DNA from: an uncultured Anaerolineales bacterium | Lineage (GTDB): Bacteria; Chloroflexota; Anaerolineae; CG2-30-64-16 | Direction of reading: 5' to 3' | NCBI GenBank assembly: GCA_964566325.1 | Contig: CAZMIS010000002.1 | Span: 1-34,233 of the forward strand | DNA: 34,233 bases | In this document: piece after piece, positions 28,864 through 34,233 of the stretch | Position numbering within the stretch: the stretch's first letter is position 1 | Layout of the letters: every line of letters begins with the position of its first letter | Translations under genes and position numbers: made by a program | Notes under the pieces: model-generated | Seen by the model: only the letters and a program-made list of their open reading frames with translations | Database searches by the model: none | What the model was told of the DNA's origin: nothing

Positions 28864-29319
28864 TCAGGGCGCCGGGGTGAAATCTTTGCGCATCCAATAA
28901 TAAGCAGAGCCAGGCGGGTAATCTTCCAGCGTGCCCACCACCTTGAAGCCATGCTTTTCGTAGAAAATGCGGGCCTGAAATTCATAGGTGGTGAGAAAGC
29001 AGCTCTTGCAGCCGCGCGCCGCCGCGGCAGCCTGGGCTTTTTCGAGCAATTGCGAACCCAGACCGTGTTTCCGCAGCGCCTCAGGCAGGTAGAAACAGTC
29101 TATCTCCAGCCAGGTCCAGTATGTTTTGCCGGTGATGCCGCCCAGAAAGGCGCCAGTTTCATCGTTCAAAATGACATGCAGGGGCACAACGCCACCGGGT
29201 TTGCGGCTCTCACGGTGAAAGGGCGACACCTGGTTGTTGAAAGCCCTGAGCTGGCCGTGTAAAAAACTGGCAAAGGCCTCTTCTTCTCCTTCGGAGAGGG
29301 TGATGTTCCAATGAGTCAT
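28864..29319 (-). CDS. GNAT-family N-acetyltransferase
   Basis: 151 aa. Motif A-like region LRKHGLGSQLLEKAQAAAAARGC...FYEKHGF. Confidence 0.85.
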   Translation of the reverse strand: MTHWNITLSEGEEEAFASFLHGQLRAFNNQVSPFHRESRKPGGVVPLHVILNDETGAFLGGITGKTYWTWLEIDCFYLPEALRKHGLGSQLLEKAQAAAAARGCKSCFLTTYEFQARIFYEKHGFKVVGTLEDYPPGSAYYWMRKDFTPAP

Positions 29320-29882
29320 GATGGGTTTTCCTTCCCTTGCGCTTCGAGGGTGCGTTCCAACAGCGCTTTAATTTTTTCAGGATCATTTCTGGGGATGGCG
29401 ATGAAAAGGAGCGGCAGCCCCACCCCCAGCAGCAGCCCGATCAATGGCAAAAACAAAAGCAGCGCCGGCATGGCCAGCAGGGAATAGAATTGATCGATGC
29501 CCAGTTCCTGTTGATAGGGCCAGAGGATTCTCAACATAAAAATCATAAACACCTCGGCCACTGCAGTCAGCCCGCAGGGCGCCAACACCATCATCGTGCC
29601 CCACACCCAGATCGCCGCTCTGGCCCATTCGGGCGTTTTAAATTCACCCGCCAATTCCGTTCCGCCGGGAATTTGCCGGATGACGCCGTAGAAATGAGGG
29701 GTCAGCGGGTTGCGCAGCCCGGAAGCCATGCGCAGAGTCACCCGGTCTTCGCGGATTTCTCCGTAAAGCGGCCGGTAATCCATGCCAAACGTGACATGCT
29801 CCCGCATCTGTTTGCGGAGGCGGTCTTTGCACGTCTCCAGATCGAGCGGGCTTTCCAGGCGATATTGGGCCGGCTGCTTCAT
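29316..29882 (-). CDS. Hypothetical membrane protein
   Basis: 188-aa ORF with three predicted hydrophobic helices in the C-terminal half. A 4-nt overlap couples it to the downstream GNAT gene. Confidence 0.5.
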   Translation of the reverse strand: MKQPAQYRLESPLDLETCKDRLRKQMREHVTFGMDYRPLYGEIREDRVTLRMASGLRNPLTPHFYGVIRQIPGGTELAGEFKTPEWARAAIWVWGTMMVLAPCGLTAVAEVFMIFMLRILWPYQQELGIDQFYSLLAMPALLLFLPLIGLLLGVGLPLLFIAIPRNDPEKIKALLERTLEAQGKENPS

Positions 29883-29897
29883 GCTTTTGGGCGCCGC

Positions 29898-30335
29898 TCA
29901 GGCCTGATCCAGCAGCTGGAGGGAGGGGCTGTAATTGATTTCCCAATCGGCTGAACTGGCCAAAATGCCGCAGGCGGTGCAGCGGTGGCCGATGGTCACC
30001 CACTTAATATCTTCTTCGTCTTCACGGAAAGAAAAACCCACCCCAACTTCAAAAGTGTCGTTTTTACAGGGGCAGCGCACTTTGCGCGGCGAGGCGTCTT
30101 CCCAATAATCTTCGCTGTCACAGATCAATGTTTTTTTCTTGCAGACGGTGCAAATCCGCTGCGCGCCGCCCTCATCAGGGTCGGTGCGCAGGGTGAAGGT
30201 GGTGTTGCCGCAGGTGCACACCGATTGAGCCACTTTTCCGACGGGGTAACTATCTTCCATGTAAAGACGAAGATATTCTGCCACATCTTCAAAACTGCTG
30301 CCCTTCCACCACTTGCCACTGGTATCAATCGCCAT
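29898..30335 (-). CDS. Hypothetical Cys-rich (tandem zinc-ribbon-like) protein
   Basis: 145 aa with two similar modules (CTCGNTTF...CTVC and CPCKNDTF...CTAC). A GGAGGA SD lies upstream of ATG 30335. Confidence 0.5.
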   Translation of the reverse strand: MAIDTSGKWWKGSSFEDVAEYLRLYMEDSYPVGKVAQSVCTCGNTTFTLRTDPDEGGAQRICTVCKKKTLICDSEDYWEDASPRKVRCPCKNDTFEVGVGFSFREDEEDIKWVTIGHRCTACGILASSADWEINYSPSLQLLDQA

Positions 30336-30608
30336 GTTTTAATCCTCCTTGGTTTCAATGTTGTTAATGGAATGATTTATTTTACTTCAAAACGGATTAT
30401 GAAATACAATTAGCCTTGTAAAGACTCCCGCTGAACCGAGCTGGTTTTCGGCCATCTGTTTGCTGAAAAAAATTTGCTGCGCAAGAATCGGTTAAACGGC
30501 CGCCATAAAGGGCAGGGTGCGGCGAGAAAAAATAACGGCTGTGGTTGGACGGCGGTCAGGGAGCCAAATCTGGCTGAAAAGAGTTGTTTGCACTGGAAGG
30601 AAAAGGAG

Positions 30609-31031
30609 ATGGAAAAAGAGATTCAAGATGTTTTTCTGGGCCGGCTGACCTATGACGAGTCGCTGGACTGGTATGAGGGGACGGCGGGTGATGGTGTGAC
30701 CATTTACATCTATACAGACGAAGACAGCCGGCCTGATCCAGCCCTGGCCTATGCGCGCCAGGTGCTTGCCGATTTGCCCGGCCTGGACCGGCGCGCCCGG
30801 CAGATAGCGGCAGACGCCCTGCTTGAGAACAAGAACGAAACCTGGCTGGAGGAAGATGAACCTCCGGTCAGCGCAGATGAATTTCAGGTCCGGCTAACCC
30901 TGGAAAGCATTACATTCTATCCCGATGAGACGGCCGAGGTATTCTATGCAGATGGCGACCTGTTCTGGGGACACACCATTTTGCTCAACCTGGAAGGGAA
31001 TACCCTCACTGGCGCGCATCTGGCAGGGTAG
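30609..31031 (+). CDS. Hypothetical protein (possibly DUF2262-like)
   Basis: ATG 30609 follows GGAAGG. The longer ORF starting at 30474 has a basic, low-complexity extension and no SD. The family guess rests on the LENKNETWLEEDE and DGDLFWGH motifs and is weak. Confidence 0.5.
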   Translation: MEKEIQDVFLGRLTYDESLDWYEGTAGDGVTIYIYTDEDSRPDPALAYARQVLADLPGLDRRARQIAADALLENKNETWLEEDEPPVSADEFQVRLTLESITFYPDETAEVFYADGDLFWGHTILLNLEGNTLTGAHLAG

Positions 31032-31036
31032 GGACG

Positions 31037-32059
31037 ATGCTGGAAAAACCGGACCTGCCTGAAGAACGTATCTCCGCCTGCCTGATGGAACAGTATGATT
31101 TAAAGGCAGTTGACCTGGCTTTTCTGCCGCTGGGCGCCGATGTGAACACGGCGGTTTACCGCGCGCTGGATGCCGGCGGCCGGGCCTGGTTTGTCAAACT
31201 GCGGCGCGGCAATTTCGCTGAAATATCCGTCACCCTTCCGCGCTGGCTCTGCGACCAGGGCATCCGGCAGATCATCCCGCCGCTGCCTACCCGCAGTGGG
31301 CGGTTGTGGGTTGAAATGGGCGCTTACCGGGTGATCCTTTATCCCTTTTTGGAAGGGCAGGATGGTTATGCGGCAGCCTGCACAGAGGCGCAGTGGGCTG
31401 AGCTGGGCCGGGCGCTGCGGTGCATTCACACGGCAGCCGTGCCGCCGGAATTATGGGCGAGTATTCCGCGTGAGACCTATGACCCGCGCTGGCGGGCGGC
31501 CGTGAACGGCTTTTTGGCGCGGGCGGACGAAGCTTTTGCCGAACCGGTGGCGGCGGAATGTGCAGCCCTGCTGCGCGAGCAGCGGGAGATGATTCTGAAT
31601 CTGGTGGAGCGGGCCGACTGCCTGGCGCAGCGGCTGCAGGCGCAGCCGCTGCCCGAGGTGGTGTGCCATTCGGACATCCACGCGGGGAACATTCTGATGA
31701 CGGCGGAAGGGTCGCTTTTTATAGTGGATTGGGATAACCCCATCCGCGCACCCAAAGAGCGCGACCTGATGTATGTTGGCGGGGCGCAGGGGTTTAAGGA
31801 TATGACCCCACAGATGGAAGAAATGCTCTTTTACCGCGGCTATGGCCCCACACCGGTCAACCCGGCAGCCCTGGCATATTACCGTTACGAGCGTATTGTG
31901 GAGGATATCGCTGCTTTTTGCGAACAGCTTTTATTGAGTAATGATGGCGGCGCCGACAGGCCGTTGGGTTTGCATTATTTGAAGTCCAATTTTCAACCCG
32001 GCAACACCATTGAAGCGGCATATCAGGCGGATATTTTTGTTTACCGAGGATTATTTTGA
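31037..32059 (+). CDS. Phosphotransferase of the APH/choline-kinase family
   Basis: Catalytic loop VCHSDIHAGNILM and metal-binding motif FIVDWDN. About 340 aa. The substrate cannot be inferred. Confidence 0.8.
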   Translation: MLEKPDLPEERISACLMEQYDLKAVDLAFLPLGADVNTAVYRALDAGGRAWFVKLRRGNFAEISVTLPRWLCDQGIRQIIPPLPTRSGRLWVEMGAYRVILYPFLEGQDGYAAACTEAQWAELGRALRCIHTAAVPPELWASIPRETYDPRWRAAVNGFLARADEAFAEPVAAECAALLREQREMILNLVERADCLAQRLQAQPLPEVVCHSDIHAGNILMTAEGSLFIVDWDNPIRAPKERDLMYVGGAQGFKDMTPQMEEMLFYRGYGPTPVNPAALAYYRYERIVEDIAAFCEQLLLSNDGGADRPLGLHYLKSNFQPGNTIEAAYQADIFVYRGLF

Positions 32060-32175
32060 GAGCTATGCTGATAAAAAACTGCTATACTTATACCATATGT
32101 TGAAATAGCTTGTTCGGGTGACTCCTTCAAACATCGAAATGGCGTTACGGATGTTGAAGAAAAGGAGGGTTCATA

Positions 32176-34182
32176 ATGTTTTTCTCTGGTGATTCGCTTC
32201 CAGCAGTGGATGATCTGCTGTTGCGCCGGCTTGCTGAAAAACAAACCGAAATTTCCCTTCTTGATCCGGAAGCAGAACGAAATGAAGCGCTGAAGATCAC
32301 TCTTCACACGATGATGCAGCTGGAAGGCGTGGATTGCGGGGCTATTTGCGCTGCCAGTCAAGATGAAAATCTCCTTTTGATTGAAGCGCCTGGATTTTCA
32401 ACGGAATTTGCCAGACAGATTCCCCATTTTAAAGAAATAAAAGAATTTTTATTGCTCCGGCGTTCCAGCCGTTCAACCCCTCTGACCGCGATTTTGGAAA
32501 AGGAAAATTTGCAGGGGCTGGTGGTGATTCCCATTGTTCACGATAGGAAAAAACTGGCTCTGATGGTCCTTGGCTCGCATGCTCACGGAATTGACCGGAT
32601 CCCTGTTCAGGGGCAAACCATGATGAAGCTGGTGTCTCACCTGGCAGGACAGCTTCTGGCCCGTTTGCAAGCAGCGGTGACCCTGAAAGACAGGGAAGCC
32701 CGCCTTCTGGCGGTGGTGGCGCAGTCTTTTGACGGCATTCTGGTGGTGGACCGGGATTATCGCATTATTGAATGGAATGCGGCCCAGACAAATCTCACCG
32801 GATATTCAGAAGAAGAAATGCTCGGGCAGAAGGTGTGGGATTATTTTTATCAGATCATTCCGGATGAAAATAAAAATCCTGAGCTTTTTGAGCTCATCAA
32901 AAGCCGGGTTCAAGATCCGCCTGCGTTTATGATCAACACGCGGAACACATTTCCTCTCCAATGCAAGGATGGCAGCCGGAAAACAATGGAGGTGTCCTGG
33001 TCTGAAGTGGAGACACGGGGAAAAAAACTGTACTGCGTCATCATGCGGGACGTCACCCAACGCCAGACAGCAGAGCAAAACTACCAGATGCTGTTCCGTG
33101 AGATGCGAAATGGGTTTGCTTTGCATGAGATCATTCTGGATGAAAAAGGCACGCCGGTCAATTACCGCTTTTTAGCCATCAATCCAGCTTTTGAAAGGAT
33201 GACCGGGCTTAAGGCTGGTGATATTGTTGGCAAAACGGTATTGGAAGTGATGCCGAACTTGGAGGGATATTGGATTGAAACTTATGGACGGGTTGCCCTG
33301 ACGGGAGAGCCCGTTGTTTTTGAAAACTATTCACATGAATTGAACCAGCATTTTAATATTTCAGCTTTTCAGCCCCAAACAGGGCAATTTGCCTGCATCA
33401 TTGAGGATATCACCGAACGTAAACGGGCGGAAACTGAGCTGCGGGATGCCCATGATAAACTGGAAACACTTTGGAACATCGCTTCGATGGAAGATGCGGA
33501 TACAAAAACCATTTCCGAAACTGTTCTGGAAACCATAACCCACATCACCGGCAGCCAGGTTGGTTTTTACGGCTATGTCACGGATGACGAGACGGCAATG
33601 GAGATTGCCGCCTGGTCGCGTGGTGTTCTGGAGCGTTGTTCGGTGGGAGAGGAAACCCTGAAATTATGTATGAGTGATTCCGGGGTGTGGGCTGAGGGCA
33701 TCCGCCAGAGAAAACCGCTCATTATCAACGATTATAATGACGACATTCCGGGGAAAAAAGGGCTGCCAGAGGGTCACATTCCGATAAAAAACCTGATGGT
33801 GGTGCCCCATTTTTTACATCATAAAATCATCTCCATTGCAGCAGTGGCCAATCGTGAGACCGGTTACAACGAGGATGATGCGGAGCAAATCTCAACATTT
33901 TTAACCAGCATTGAGGCTATCGTTGATAGAAAACGAGCTGAAGAAGCCCTGCGAAAGAGTGAGGAGCGTTATCATCTGATTGATGAAGCCAGCCAGGATT
34001 TAATTTACAGCTATGATCTTGAGGGTCGCCTGACACATGCCAATACAAAACTGTGCCTGCTCTTAGGCCGGCGCAGCGAGGAGATCATTGGGAAAACAAA
34101 TGAAGAGCTTGGAATTTCACCTGAGCAAGGCAAGGCGCTGGCGCGAGAGGTTCAGAAGGTTCTCCAGACCAAACAATCTTGA
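32176..34182 (+). CDS. Multi-domain PAS/GAF sensor protein with no output domain in the ORF
   Basis: AAGGAGGG SD before ATG 32176. Domain order is GAF-like, PAS (FDGILVVDRDYRIIEWNAAQTNLTGYSEEEMLG), PAS (NGFALHEIILDEKG...INPAFERMTGL), GAF, then the start of a third PAS (SEERYHLIDEASQDLIYSYD). Confidence 0.8.
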   Translation: MFFSGDSLPAVDDLLLRRLAEKQTEISLLDPEAERNEALKITLHTMMQLEGVDCGAICAASQDENLLLIEAPGFSTEFARQIPHFKEIKEFLLLRRSSRSTPLTAILEKENLQGLVVIPIVHDRKKLALMVLGSHAHGIDRIPVQGQTMMKLVSHLAGQLLARLQAAVTLKDREARLLAVVAQSFDGILVVDRDYRIIEWNAAQTNLTGYSEEEMLGQKVWDYFYQIIPDENKNPELFELIKSRVQDPPAFMINTRNTFPLQCKDGSRKTMEVSWSEVETRGKKLYCVIMRDVTQRQTAEQNYQMLFREMRNGFALHEIILDEKGTPVNYRFLAINPAFERMTGLKAGDIVGKTVLEVMPNLEGYWIETYGRVALTGEPVVFENYSHELNQHFNISAFQPQTGQFACIIEDITERKRAETELRDAHDKLETLWNIASMEDADTKTISETVLETITHITGSQVGFYGYVTDDETAMEIAAWSRGVLERCSVGEETLKLCMSDSGVWAEGIRQRKPLIINDYNDDIPGKKGLPEGHIPIKNLMVVPHFLHHKIISIAAVANRETGYNEDDAEQISTFLTSIEAIVDRKRAEEALRKSEERYHLIDEASQDLIYSYDLEGRLTHANTKLCLLLGRRSEEIIGKTNEELGISPEQGKALAREVQKVLQTKQS

Positions 34183-34233
34183 CTCCACTGCAAAAAGGTA
34201 AGAAACCTACCCAAAAGCAGGAAAGTTTAATAC

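Noticed and set aside
30474-30608. N-terminal 45-codon extension of the ORF at 30474-31031.
   Set aside because: The extension is a basic, low-complexity stretch with no SD. The internal ATG at 30609 has GGAAGG upstream and begins the conserved-looking part of the protein.

Overview
Bacterial chromosomal segment dominated by a complete type I-E CRISPR-Cas locus, about 6.2-25.9 kb. It carries cas3, then cas8e(cse1)-cse2-cas7-cas5-cas6e-cas1-cas2, an 88-bp leader, and a very large array. By hand count the array has 171 repeats (28-nt core GTTGTCCCCACGCATGTGGGGGTGAACC) and 170 spacers over about 10.4 kb. Flanking genes on the left are a family-3 solute-binding lipoprotein, a Cache/HAMP methyl-accepting chemotaxis protein and a secreted M23 peptidase. 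On the right are a CPBP intramembrane protease, two GNAT acetyltransferases, a META-domain lipoprotein, small hypothetical genes, an APH-family kinase and a PAS/GAF sensor. The most interesting signal is in the 308-bp cas3-cas8e intergenic region. It holds a degenerate mini-CRISPR (psiR, 32-nt psiS, psiR at the array's 61-nt register) with its own -10 box and terminator. The psiS pairs from position 1 with a site just downstream of a near-consensus promoter in front of cas8e, and the mismatches fall exactly at positions 6, 12 and 18. That is the signature expected for a crRNA-like RNA that guides Cascade to repress its own operon (CreR/CreA class). Other observations: a decayed CRISPR remnant overlapping the 5' end of cas3; diverged direct copies of a CPBP gene segment bracketing the whole CRISPR-Cas locus; near-duplicate and overlapping spacers; a polymorphic 29th repeat position (mostly T or G) that hints at the PAM; and a G/C palindrome in the leader. 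Nearly all ORF-track entries between 15.1 and 26.1 kb are translations of the CRISPR repeat and are not genes. No database search was possible, so all family calls rest on recognisable motifs.
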